Source of the DNA: Candidatus Bipolaricaulia bacterium
GTDB taxonomy: Bacteria > Bipolaricaulota > Bipolaricaulia > JBHIAT01
Direction: 5' to 3'
Assembly: GCA_046758705.1 (NCBI GenBank)
Contig: JBHIAT010000106.1
Location: 1-12,705 of the forward strand
DNA length: 12,705 nt
Of the stretch, positions 1 to 7,834 are shown one piece after another (the first letter of the stretch is position 1; every line of letters starts with the position of its first letter). A model generated the notes under the pieces. That model saw nothing but the letters and a program-made list of their open reading frames with translations. It made no database searches and had not been told where the DNA came from. A program made the position numbers and the translations under genes.

Positions 1-188
1 GAGATCGGGTATCATGGGAACAGAGGGGGTATGGCTTTTCCTCCTTTGCGGCCCGACTTTCATACTACCAGCTCGGGATAGCGGATGGGAGGCGTGATTT
101 GCATCAGAAGAAGCGTGATCGCCGTAATCTAAGGAGATCAGCACGCTCAAGATCGGCAGAACCTTGGGGAGCTACTAGAACAGGTCTA

Positions 189-422
189 TTACAACTTCTC
201 CAATTCCTTACGGAATTGTTGCGGAGTCAGTTCAATCTCCCGTAAGATCTCTCGGATTAATGGTCGAGCAAGGTCCCTTCCTAGATGGTGCGGCACTGTG
301 GTAGTCCTGCCATCAGGATGTCGATAGAAGACATGGCTCCCCTTCTGGCGGGCGTGCTCAAACCCTAACTGAAACAGTATCTTCTCCATCGTCTTGGCAT
401 CGACGATGGGCAGGCGACTCAT
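189..422 (-). CDS. hicA: HicA-family type II toxin (mRNA interferase), 77 aa
   Basis: MSRLPIVDAKTMEKILFQLGFEHARQKGSHVFYRHPDGRTTTVPHH...ILREIEL carries the HicA signature (GF...RQKGSH, TTVP.H). The likely start is ATG at 422, not 497; it overlaps the hicB stop as ATGA (419-422). Confidence 0.93.
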   Translation of the reverse strand: MSRLPIVDAKTMEKILFQLGFEHARQKGSHVFYRHPDGRTTTVPHHLGRDLARPLIREILREIELTPQQFRKELEKL

Positions 423-637
423 ATGTTTACCTCGATCTGCTGCAGTCCTACAAACTGGGGAAGGTCTTCGATCACCCCGGAGTACTCCTCCAGGCACAAT
501 TCGAGAACTTCCTTCAAGTTCTTGTGAAGCTCATCCAAGCTCGTTCCTTGAGTATGTGCCCCTGGAATGCCAGGCACAATTCCCACGTACAGCTTCGTCT
601 CCGGATCCCACTCCAGATATGCGACGAAGGATCTCAT
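419..637 (-). CDS. hicB: HicB-family antitoxin, short form (72 aa) with no C-terminal DNA-binding domain
   Basis: YVGIVPGIPGAHTQGTSLDELHKNLKEVLELCLEE matches the HicB N-terminal motif. SD GGAGGTGA at 644-651 on the minus strand. Coupled to hicA. Confidence 0.92.
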   Translation of the reverse strand: MRSFVAYLEWDPETKLYVGIVPGIPGAHTQGTSLDELHKNLKEVLELCLEEYSGVIEDLPQFVGLQQIEVNI

Positions 638-745
638 TACACTTCACCTCCATTCCACAGCCAGATGACTTGGGCTTCCAAAGCTGTATTGCCGGAAGTC
701 ATCTAAGGGAGGTACCATTCAGGTTTTAGAACAACTCAATACCCA

Positions 746-767
746 CTTCCAAGCATATGTTTGGAAG
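746..767. promoter_or_regulatory. 22-bp near-perfect palindrome overlapping the -10 box (candidate operator)
   Basis: CTTCCAAGCATATGTTTGGAAG, 10 of 11 pairs complementary. Confidence 0.55.
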
Positions 768-780
768 CACGTCTTGTCAA
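752..780 (-). promoter_or_regulatory. sigma70-type promoter upstream of hicBA
   Basis: Minus strand TTGACA (780-775), 17-nt spacer, TATGCT (757-752), pointing toward hicB. Confidence 0.7.
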
Positions 781-960
781 TGTTCATGGGTGTCTGATGC
801 TCCTCCAGCAAGCTAAGACCCTCTGAAAGCTGATAGCCGATTCCTGGTCAAAAAGTTGCATCAGCCACCTGTTACAGGATATGCTCAGAGCACCTGGAAC
901 GCAACTTTGCGTGGGGAGGCGTCAGGAAAGAACTGCTAACGGTGGGGGAGATGAAATTAT

Positions 961-1303
961 ACCTTCTAGCGGCTAAAACCCCGTGCTTGAGCGCGGGGCC
1001 CAGCCGCCAAGTGCTTCACAAACTCCCAAGTTCATGATATAATTCCGATAGGTCTTTGACAACGTATGGGGTTGTTGCCACAATCCCGCGCAACGTAAAA
1101 CGTTGTGGGTATAGCCAGGTGCATTTTGCCAGCGTTTTGTTGTTCAGCAAAAAAGAAGTTAACAACCACGAAGCCTGGCCTAAAGAAACTAAAATGCTGT
1201 GAGTGTCAGGCCGGGCGTGGCCTGCGTGGAGGTTGGGGCCTCTGTGAGAGCAAGTCCCGCCTGTGAAACGAGAAGCCACGTACTTTAGTGCGTGGAGCGT
1301 CAC
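961..1303 (+). mobile_element. Non-autonomous IS200/IS605-family mini-element (PATE-like), 343 bp, no tnpA or tnpB
   Basis: Left end: target TTAT (957-960), guide AAAA (975-978), hairpin CCCCGTGC-TTGA-GCGCGGGG (979-998). Right end: guide GAAG (1272-1275), hairpin CCACGTAC-TTTA-GTGCGTGG (1276-1295), terminal TCAC (1300-1303). Both pairs follow the IS608 rule (AAAG->TTAC, GAAT->TCAA). No target duplication. Confidence 0.88.
1015..1043 (+). promoter_or_regulatory. Strong sigma70-type promoter inside the mini-element
   Basis: TTCACA (1015-1020), 17-nt spacer, TATAAT (1038-1043), with extended -10 TG at 1035-1036. Confidence 0.8.
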
Positions 1304-1320
1304 ATACGATAGCATCTTCC
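1050..1320 (+). ncRNA. Putative TnpB omegaRNA/reRNA (scaffold to 1303, guide from the flank about 1304-1320)
   Basis: Lies between the internal promoter and the right end. Several stems: CAACG/CGTTG near 1090-1104; GCCTGGCCT 1173-1181 with AGGCCGGGC 1208-1216; CCAC/GTGG. The 3' part GCCTGCGTGGAG...CTGTGAAACGAGAAGCC-hairpin-TCAC resembles tnpB-associated right ends. Boundaries are inferred. Confidence 0.65.
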
Positions 1321-1763
1321 TGCCCTATTCTATCGCTTTCGGTCGAGGAATCCGTGGGAGCCTAAACGATGCTTATCAGGAGGCCAAATCGAGATTTGGC
1401 ATCATTACATCGCTTCCCTTCTCAGCAGAACAGATCGAGCAAAGCGATGCCGACAGATTAAGATTTTACCTGAGGAGCAAACGCAACCGTGACATGTACG
1501 GGGAAGAGATATGGAAGTTGATCGACAAAGATCCAAGCCTGTTGACACTTTACCATCAGGAGATGGGTAAGGTCCACGCTAGAACATATGGAAAACGTCT
1601 GCGCGAAATTGGTTTGACTGATGCCTGGATTGCCATAGTTGAGGGCGTCACCATCGCAAGTGGATCAACGAGAGATGAGGTTGAGCGGATTTTACAACAC
1701 ATCCTTCCGGCCGAAAAGAGGAAGTTTGCTTATATCTTTCACTTAAAGCAGAAAAACCGATGA
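1304..1763 (+). pseudogene. 5'-truncated/interrupted hypothetical protein; C-terminus resembles DUF5678
   Basis: Protein-like sequence starts right after the element's right end (YDSIFLPYSIAFGRGIRGSLNDAYQEAK...). The track's first 14 codons lie inside the IS end. The C-terminal AWIAIVEGVTIASGSTRDEV...YIFHL recalls DUF5678 (from memory, unverified). Confidence 0.65.
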
Positions 1764-1869
1764 ACTTTACGGGCACCTGAGTTGCCAACCAACGGCGGGA
1801 CATACCAGCTCAGCTGTGCTTCCGAGGAGCTGATCACTCTGGAGAGCTTCTCGCTAAGGTCAATATATC

Positions 1870-2808
1870 TTATGATTCCGGCAGATAGCGCTTTGGGATC
1901 GCCGCACCGATCGTGTACAGTGGATCGACCATGTTGGCCAATCGGACCCGGCCCACTTGGGTGAGCAGCATGTACGCGTCCCAGCGCTCGAAGCCGTAGT
2001 CCGCCTCGAGCCAGCCGACCAGCTCCGTATAAGCGATCCGGGCAGCATCCTCCATCGGCCGGGCGCTGCCGATCGCCATGATGAACTCCGGGGATTCGAG
2101 CCGAGGCCAGGTGATCGACTTCCCTTTGATGAGTTCTAAAGTGATCGTCGTCTCCGAGCGATGTTCGATGGCGACACCGCACAGCTCACCGTCACCCTGG
2201 CAGGCGTGGACGTCGCCAAGATGGAGCAATGCTCCGTCGGCCATGACTGGCAGATAGAGCGTTGCCTCTGGCTTGATATCCGGTAGATCCATATTGCCGC
2301 CGTGACGCTCCGGCGTCAGTGAGCTGATCGCTTCGATCTCTGGGGCGGTGCCGATCGACCCGATGAACGGTTCATAAGGGATCTTGATCCGATCGTTCCA
2401 GTGTACCCAGCCGTCCTCGATCCGGACCTTCTTGACGATCTCGGGGAGCGGTTCGTTAAGGGTCGCGGTTCGATCGGTGTTGGTCAGCCCGCCGAAGTAC
2501 GGGATCAAGCAGGTGGTTCCCTCCCCCCGAGGGACGATCTCCTCGATCCGGACCGCGAGCGTGTCCCCCTTCTCGGCACCTTCCATGTAGATCGGACCGA
2601 CAAGCGGGTTCACGTAGGGCATTTCCAACACTTGAGACGGCCGGTCGGCCTCGGTTTTGATCTTCCCCTCGAACGCGTCCTCGGTCTCGACGACGACGGT
2701 CTCGCCAGGCCGGACGGTGAGCCGGGGCTCGTTGTACGGCCCGATCGTATAACAGTATTTCCCCTGAATCTCCTGAGTGATCCGCTTCAAGTTGCTGTTG
2801 GATGGCAT
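1870..2808 (-). CDS. Acetamidase/formamidase (FmdA/AmdA) family protein, 312 aa
   Basis: Motifs NPLVGPIYMEGAEKGDTLAV, HGGNMDLP, GDVHACQGDGELCGVAIE. SD AAGGAGGGA at 2811-2819. Confidence 0.95.
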   Translation of the reverse strand: MPSNSNLKRITQEIQGKYCYTIGPYNEPRLTVRPGETVVVETEDAFEGKIKTEADRPSQVLEMPYVNPLVGPIYMEGAEKGDTLAVRIEEIVPRGEGTTCLIPYFGGLTNTDRTATLNEPLPEIVKKVRIEDGWVHWNDRIKIPYEPFIGSIGTAPEIEAISSLTPERHGGNMDLPDIKPEATLYLPVMADGALLHLGDVHACQGDGELCGVAIEHRSETTITLELIKGKSITWPRLESPEFIMAIGSARPMEDAARIAYTELVGWLEADYGFERWDAYMLLTQVGRVRLANMVDPLYTIGAAIPKRYLPES

Positions 2809-2817
2809 GATCCCTCC

Positions 2818-4031
2818 TTATAGGCGATAGCGGGCGCCGTACTCGTAGGCATACCGGGCTTGCCCGTCGGTGTTCTCCTCAGCCGCTTCGAAATTTTGGG
2901 CCTCATGGAGGGCGAACGACAGGGCTCTGAGCTGCCAGCAGACGAAGATCGCGTCATGATAAACGGGCGAAAAGCCCCGCTCGATATAGCCGCGGGCCAG
3001 CTGATCCACCAGCGGCACCCAACGGCGCGCGTTCAGCTCTGCGCTTCGCTTGTGAAAACCCTCCTCATCCTCATCGCAGAGCGCAAGCACGAGGGCCTGC
3101 TCGGCTTCGGAAACGCCCAGCTCGCCAAGCCGCGCCTCCAGTAGTTCGCCCAGCCCCCGAACGAAGGTGAAGCAATGCTCCAGTTGCTCGTCGAGGTTCA
3201 CATACTGCAGGGTGCGCACGTCCTCACCGATCCGTTCCGGAGCGCGCTCCTTGGATAGCGCGGTGACTAACGTCCCTTTCTCAACCTCAACGGGCATGCG
3301 GCGGTGCCGCCCGTGGAAGGCGATCTGCTTGCACAGCTCATCAAAACACTCTAACACCATGCCGCGCAGCTCGGTGAAGCCCTTCTTGTTGTGCGTCTTC
3401 TGGGTGAGGTAGACCTCGACCACTGGGAAGCCTCCGAGGACGGTATTGACCGTCAGAAACGTATCGATGCCAAAATGGTGTGGCGGGGCGATAGGTTGCC
3501 CAAGCAGGAAGTGGGCCAGTTCCGCCGTCAGCGCCAGTTCCCCGCCCAGAGGCTGCTGGATCGCCTGCCTTCGGGGAAGTAGATGGCGATGAGCGGTCGG
3601 GTGATGTGGCGAGTGATCTGGGCATCGAACGGGCTGCGATCGAAGGAGCCACGGGCCATTGCCGCCCGGTGTTCTTCCAAGCCCTCCAGCAGAAGCGCAC
3701 ACCACGACGACGTCACCGAGCTGATGTCCCCATCCAAGAAGAGTATCCGCCTGAAATCTGTGTCCAGCGCCCGCTTCATACCGGTGACCATCGCTCCACC
3801 CTTGCCGGTCCCGCGCAGCTCGCTTCGCAACAGCTCGACACGCTTGCCGGTGAAACGCTTCCGAAGTTCAGGGAGCGCTTCGCTCAACTGCTCGTAAGTG
3901 CCGTTCGTCGACCAGCCGTCTACGAGATAAACGGCATCGACCCCTTGGGATTGGAGTCCGACCTCCGCAACGAACAACGGGGCGTCCATCTCATTTCGCT
4001 CTGGAATGATGAGCACAGTCGTCATTTTCAC
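2818..4031 (-). pseudogene. Mannosylglycerate synthase-like GT-A glycosyltransferase (GT78-like), about 404 aa, split by a 1-nt frameshift near 3564-3566
   Basis: The N-half (frame of ORF 3528..4205) has GKGGAM, FLDGDI (DxD) and DAQITRHITR. The C-half (frame of ORF 2818..3705) has IQQPLGGEL, FGIDT, KTH and ELRGMVLECF. Likely start is GTG 4031 (GTGA overlap, GGAGG 7 nt upstream) or ATG 4025. May be an intact gene with a sequencing error. Confidence 0.82.
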
Positions 4032-4837
4032 CCACCTGCCTCCTCCCATATGTAAAGTTCCGGTCGGAAATGGCGTAACGCGGGCTCCTGATCCCGTTCC
4101 TGGTTGATGAGGGAGAGGTCGACTTCGGCGCTGATCACGCGTTCGTCTCGCTGAACCTGAGCGAGCACGCGGCCCTTGGGATCGGTGATCTGGCTGAGGC
4201 CGCAATAGACAACATCTCCCTCAGAACCTACGTGATTGGCGGCGGCGATGAAGAGCTGATTGTCCTGGGCGCGGGCCCGGCTGCGCAGTTCCATAAGATA
4301 CTCATAACCCACCGGGACAGCCGTGGGATTGAAGACGATTTTCGCCCCCTGGAGGGCAAGCGCTGCAAAGATCGGGGGGAAGGCGTGCTCGAAGCAGATG
4401 GCGATCCCAATCGGGACCCCACTCACCTCAAAGATTTTAAGGCGATCCCCCGGAGTGAAGTAACGATGCTCCGCCGGATAGAGGTGGGACTTACGATATT
4501 TCCCTAAATAACCGTGCTGCCGGTCGATCACGAACGTGGTATCGTACAACGCCCCTCCGTCCCGTTCCACGATCGTGCCCAGGATGGAGACCTGATGCTG
4601 TCTCGCCGCCTCTACGAACCGCTCAGTCGTCGGGCCGGGAATCGGCTCGGCCAGCTCGTGAAACTGATCCCCCAACCGTTTTAAATGATAGCCACTGGTA
4701 AATAGCTCAGGCAAACAGATGATGTCTATCCCGTCACTCTCCTTTAACAGGTCAAGCGCGCGAGTGACGTTCTCTTCTGGAGCACCGAGCGTGCAGTTCA
4801 TCTGGACTGCGCCGATGTGCAATCGCTTCCCATTCAC
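4028..4837 (-). CDS. Carbon-nitrogen hydrolase (nitrilase superfamily amidohydrolase), 269 aa
   Basis: Glu-Lys-Cys triad motifs CLPELF, YRKSHL, ICFEHAFP; also RARAQDNQ and GLSQITDPKG. GTGA overlap with the upstream gene. Confidence 0.95.
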   Translation of the reverse strand: MNGKRLHIGAVQMNCTLGAPEENVTRALDLLKESDGIDIICLPELFTSGYHLKRLGDQFHELAEPIPGPTTERFVEAARQHQVSILGTIVERDGGALYDTTFVIDRQHGYLGKYRKSHLYPAEHRYFTPGDRLKIFEVSGVPIGIAICFEHAFPPIFAALALQGAKIVFNPTAVPVGYEYLMELRSRARAQDNQLFIAAANHVGSEGDVVYCGLSQITDPKGRVLAQVQRDERVISAEVDLSLINQERDQEPALRHFRPELYIWEEAGG

Positions 4838-5964
4838 CTATCGCCCCTTTCGTTCAGTGAAATCAACCGGATCACCGTGTCGTCGGTGTCTCCATCCCTG
4901 GTTAAATCCTTTCCGATCCGGCGTTCCTCCAGTTGATAGGCGAGAACATTCCCGTCCAGCGAGGGGTACATCCCCACGGTCGAGGTGTTCAGCGAGTCTC
5001 TGGCAATCAGATCATAACTGCGGAGCACGAAGTCTTTCAACACGCCATCGTTGTTGAAGTCCTGGCCGGCCCGCTCCTCATCGGTAGCAAACGCCAGACG
5101 ATTTTCGTAGACGACCGGAAACACCCCCAAGGTGCTCGTGTTGGTCACCCCTTGAGTCCGCAGATCGTAAACCCGGATGACGAAGTCATTAAGATCCCCA
5201 TCGTCGTTCAAATCCTCTACCCCGAACTCCAGCGTGTGAAACGCAACCCGGTCGCCGTAAATGGCGGGAAATGCGCCCACGGCCTTCGTGTTCGTTATCC
5301 TTTCTGAGTCTAAATGGTAGAGACGAATCACCACATCCTCTGCATCGAAATCGTCGTTCAAATCTCGCCCAACGATCGACTCCTCCGTCTGAAACGCGAT
5401 CGTTCGCTCGTAAATGGCAGGAGCGGCCCCCACCACCCCGGTGTTGTGAACGGTCCCTGAGTTCAAGTCGTAATAGCGAATCACTTGAGCAAACAGCACA
5501 CCATCCCCGTCCAGATCCTCCCCAATGCGCTCTTCACTGGTGGAGAAGGCGACGATATCCCCGTAGATGGTCGGGTCCATGCCGACCGCGCCGGTGTTGG
5601 TCACCGTTCTTCGAGGGATGTCATAGACGTGGATGATCCTATCGAACAGGTTCCCATCGCCGTTCAGGTCTTCTCCTAACTGGCGTTCTTGGGTCTCGAA
5701 CGCAATCTTATCCCCCCACAATCGGGGGTTTTCGCCCACGACCTCGGTGTTCGTCAACTGGCCGGAGTCGAGTTCATAGATCCGGATGACCGTAGCAGAA
5801 CCTACTAGGGTGTGGAACACCAACCGTCCGTCGTGGAGCGAGGGGTGCTCGCCGATGAGCATCGGAGCCTCCGATTGTGATGGGTGCCCGGACGAACCCA
5901 ACCAGAATAGATAGATAGCAGTGCCCAGAAGAAACAAGCCGAGGATCAACCGATACAGGTTCAC
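4834..5964 (-). CDS. Exported/membrane-anchored repeat protein, probable beta-propeller with D-x-[ND]-x-D-G Ca-binding-like loops, 376 aa
   Basis: N-terminal hydrophobic segment, then six 50-51-aa repeats (IRxYDL..xTNTGxVG..P.IYGD.IAF.T.E...G.DLNxDG....) plus a partial seventh. GTGA overlaps with both neighbours. Confidence 0.8.
   Translation of the reverse strand: MNLYRLILGLFLLGTAIYLFWLGSSGHPSQSEAPMLIGEHPSLHDGRLVFHTLVGSATVIRIYELDSGQLTNTEVVGENPRLWGDKIAFETQERQLGEDLNGDGNLFDRIIHVYDIPRRTVTNTGAVGMDPTIYGDIVAFSTSEERIGEDLDGDGVLFAQVIRYYDLNSGTVHNTGVVGAAPAIYERTIAFQTEESIVGRDLNDDFDAEDVVIRLYHLDSERITNTKAVGAFPAIYGDRVAFHTLEFGVEDLNDDGDLNDFVIRVYDLRTQGVTNTSTLGVFPVVYENRLAFATDEERAGQDFNNDGVLKDFVLRSYDLIARDSLNTSTVGMYPSLDGNVLAYQLEERRIGKDLTRDGDTDDTVIRLISLNERGDR
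4850..5787 (-). repeat. Six tandem ~51-codon intragenic repeats
   Basis: Loops DLNGDGN, DLDGDGV, DLNDDFD, DLNDDGD, DFNNDGV, DLTRDGD at about 51-aa spacing. Confidence 0.85.
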
Positions 5965-6821
5965 TTAAGCGCCCCCAAAGTCAGCCCTTCGATGAACCGG
6001 CGTTGGAAGATCAAAAACAGGATCACAACCGGGATCATGCCAACAATCACGCCGGCAGTGAGCGCTCCCCAATCGGTGCGGCCCAGCCCCAAGAAGTTGT
6101 AAAGCGCCGCTTGAAACGTCTTCATCTCCGACTGGAAGGTAAAGGTTGCTGCGAAGACGAACTCGTTCCAGGAGAAGCGGAAGGCGAAGATCGAGGCCAC
6201 CGCCACCCCCGGCCAAGTCAGGGGGAAGGTCACCTTCCAAAACGCCCTCATGCGTGACGCGCCATCGATCATCGCTGCCTCCTCCAGATCCACAGGGATG
6301 GTGTCGAAGAAGTTTTTCAGCAGCCAGACGTTGAGCGGCAGAATCAGCGCCTGATAAGGGATGATCAGTCCATGATAGGTGTCAAGCCAGCCGATGCGCT
6401 GGAACATGGTGAACAGGGGAATGATGTTGATCAGCACTGGGATCATGAAGATGCCCAACATGATGCCCATGAGCGCGTTCTTGCCAGGAAAGCGAAACCG
6501 GGAGAAAGCGTAGCCGGCCAGCGCGCTGGTCAACACCGATAACACCGTACTGCCACCGGCGACGATCAGACTGTTTAACAGCCCCCTGCGCATCCGGGGG
6601 TCCTTCACGATCTTCTCGTAGTTCTTCAAGGTCAACGCTTCGGGAACGAACGATGGCACCCCGCTCGGTTGGAAGGACGCCATCAGTATCAACAGGATCG
6701 GGGCGAGGACGAACGACCCATAGACGATCAGAATCGCGTAAAGGGTGAGCGTTCGCCCGATCTGGGCGCGCTTCAACGCCGGCCGTTTGTAGGCTTGGCC
6801 TGCCGTTCCGTCCGGGGGCAT
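5961..6821 (-). CDS. Carbohydrate ABC transporter permease (MalG-like)
   Basis: AGYAFSRFRFPGK, EAA loop LEEAAMIDGAS, SWNEF, C-terminal FQRRFIEGLTLGALK. Confidence 0.95.
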   Translation of the reverse strand: MPPDGTAGQAYKRPALKRAQIGRTLTLYAILIVYGSFVLAPILLILMASFQPSGVPSFVPEALTLKNYEKIVKDPRMRRGLLNSLIVAGGSTVLSVLTSALAGYAFSRFRFPGKNALMGIMLGIFMIPVLINIIPLFTMFQRIGWLDTYHGLIIPYQALILPLNVWLLKNFFDTIPVDLEEAAMIDGASRMRAFWKVTFPLTWPGVAVASIFAFRFSWNEFVFAATFTFQSEMKTFQAALYNFLGLGRTDWGALTAGVIVGMIPVVILFLIFQRRFIEGLTLGALK

Positions 6822-6829
6822 AGGTGAAG

Positions 6830-7708
6830 CTAACCCTCCCTTCTCAGCATTCTAAGGTAAACGGCGGCCGCGGCGATGTTGAAGAGAAACAGCAGCACGC
6901 CGATGCTGGAACCGACTGAGAACTTTCCGAACTCGAACGCGTAGCGATACATGTAAAGCGCGGTGGTGGTGGTGGCGTACAAGGGTCCGCCCCTGGTCAT
7001 CGCCAGCGGCAGAGCGAACAGGTTGGTTGTCCACATGGTGATCAAGATGAGATTGAGTGCGACAAATGGCTTGAGCAACACCCAAGTGATGCGCCGGAAC
7101 GTTTGCCAGGTGTTGGCTCCGTCCACCGCCGCTGCTTCGTAGAGTTCGGGATTGATGGTTTTGAGCGCTGATCCCATCATCAACATCGTAAACGGCGTCC
7201 CAAACCAGATGTTGGTGATCACCAGCGACCAGATGGCCATATTCTGATTTCCCAACCAGTTCACACCAGGCAGACTCAGGGACTGAAGCAGGCCGTTGAT
7301 CGCACCATTCTGCTGATAGAGGAACAGCCAGATGTAGGCCACTACCAGATCGGAGAGAATCCAGGGAATGGTGATCAGCACGCGGAAGGCTCCGGTGCCC
7401 TTGAAGTTACGGTGAAGGATCAACGCGAGCCCCAGGCCGATGAGAAACTGACCCAGCACACTTCCACCCACAAAGGAGGCGCTCACGACCAGCGATTTGT
7501 AAAATTTGCGAGGGAAGATGGCGTCGTTGAACAGGTCACGATAGTTCTCCAACCCGACGAAATTCCATTTCTTCCAGAACGTCTGGAACTCGACGTCGTG
7601 AAATGACAGATAGACGTTCCAACCGATGGGGTAAAGGAACAGGAAGAAGAGCAGCGCCAACGCTGGTAGGATCAACAGATACGGGGTCAACGCCGGTTTG
7701 AGCTTCAT
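6830..7708 (-). CDS. Carbohydrate ABC transporter permease (MalF/UgpA-like)
   Basis: FVGLENY, EAA loop ELYEAAAVDGANTWQTFRRIT, MTRGGP, multiple TM segments. Confidence 0.95.
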   Translation of the reverse strand: MKLKPALTPYLLILPALALLFFLFLYPIGWNVYLSFHDVEFQTFWKKWNFVGLENYRDLFNDAIFPRKFYKSLVVSASFVGGSVLGQFLIGLGLALILHRNFKGTGAFRVLITIPWILSDLVVAYIWLFLYQQNGAINGLLQSLSLPGVNWLGNQNMAIWSLVITNIWFGTPFTMLMMGSALKTINPELYEAAAVDGANTWQTFRRITWVLLKPFVALNLILITMWTTNLFALPLAMTRGGPLYATTTTALYMYRYAFEFGKFSVGSSIGVLLFLFNIAAAAVYLRMLRREG

Positions 7709-7740
7709 CAGGCTCCTCGCTGTTTCGTGGGGATGCCCTC

Positions 7741-7784
7741 AGATAAAGACCCTGGGGGGCCCCTTGTTGAGCCCCCCAGGGTCT
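7741..7784 (-). terminator. Strong intercistronic hairpin (partial terminator or mRNA stabiliser) after the SBP gene
   Basis: Perfect 14-bp stem AGACCCTGGGGGGC (7747-7760) / GCCCCCCAGGGTCT (7771-7784), 10-nt loop, only a short T-rich tail (TTATCT) on the minus strand. Confidence 0.75.
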
Positions 7785-7834
7785 ACCGTTATTTTACCGC
7801 TTCCTAAGCCGAATCATCAACCCCATGACGGAGC

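Noticed and set aside
1-188. Possible gene fragment or SD (AAAGGAGG on minus strand near 40-47) at the left edge
   Set aside because: No start codon at suitable spacing and no recognisable protein in any frame I translated.
423-497. 25-aa N-terminal extension of HicA in the ORF track
   Set aside because: It overlaps hicB; the ATGA-coupled ATG at 422 gives a canonical HicA.
1016-1315. 99-aa minus-strand ORF across the mini-element
   Set aside because: No TnpA HUH/Tyr motif and no TnpB RuvC or zinc-finger motif; it is antisense to the promoter-driven structured region.
936-1800. Similar 12-mers CTAACGGTGGGG (936-947) and CCAACGGCGGGA (1789-1800) flanking the broken gene, reminiscent of integron attC starts
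   Set aside because: Neither fits RYYYAAC, I found no matching GTTRRRY arm or attC hairpin, and there is no integrase. At most they are degraded remnants.
3567-3705. N-terminus of ORF 2818..3705 (and the 4032-4205 part of ORF 3528..4205) as independent gene starts
   Set aside because: Both are off-frame artefacts of the frameshifted glycosyltransferase and overlap real coding frames.
4850-5787. Periodic sequence as a possible CRISPR or DNA repeat array
   Set aside because: The periodicity is at the protein level with diverged codons; there are no identical direct repeats with spacers.
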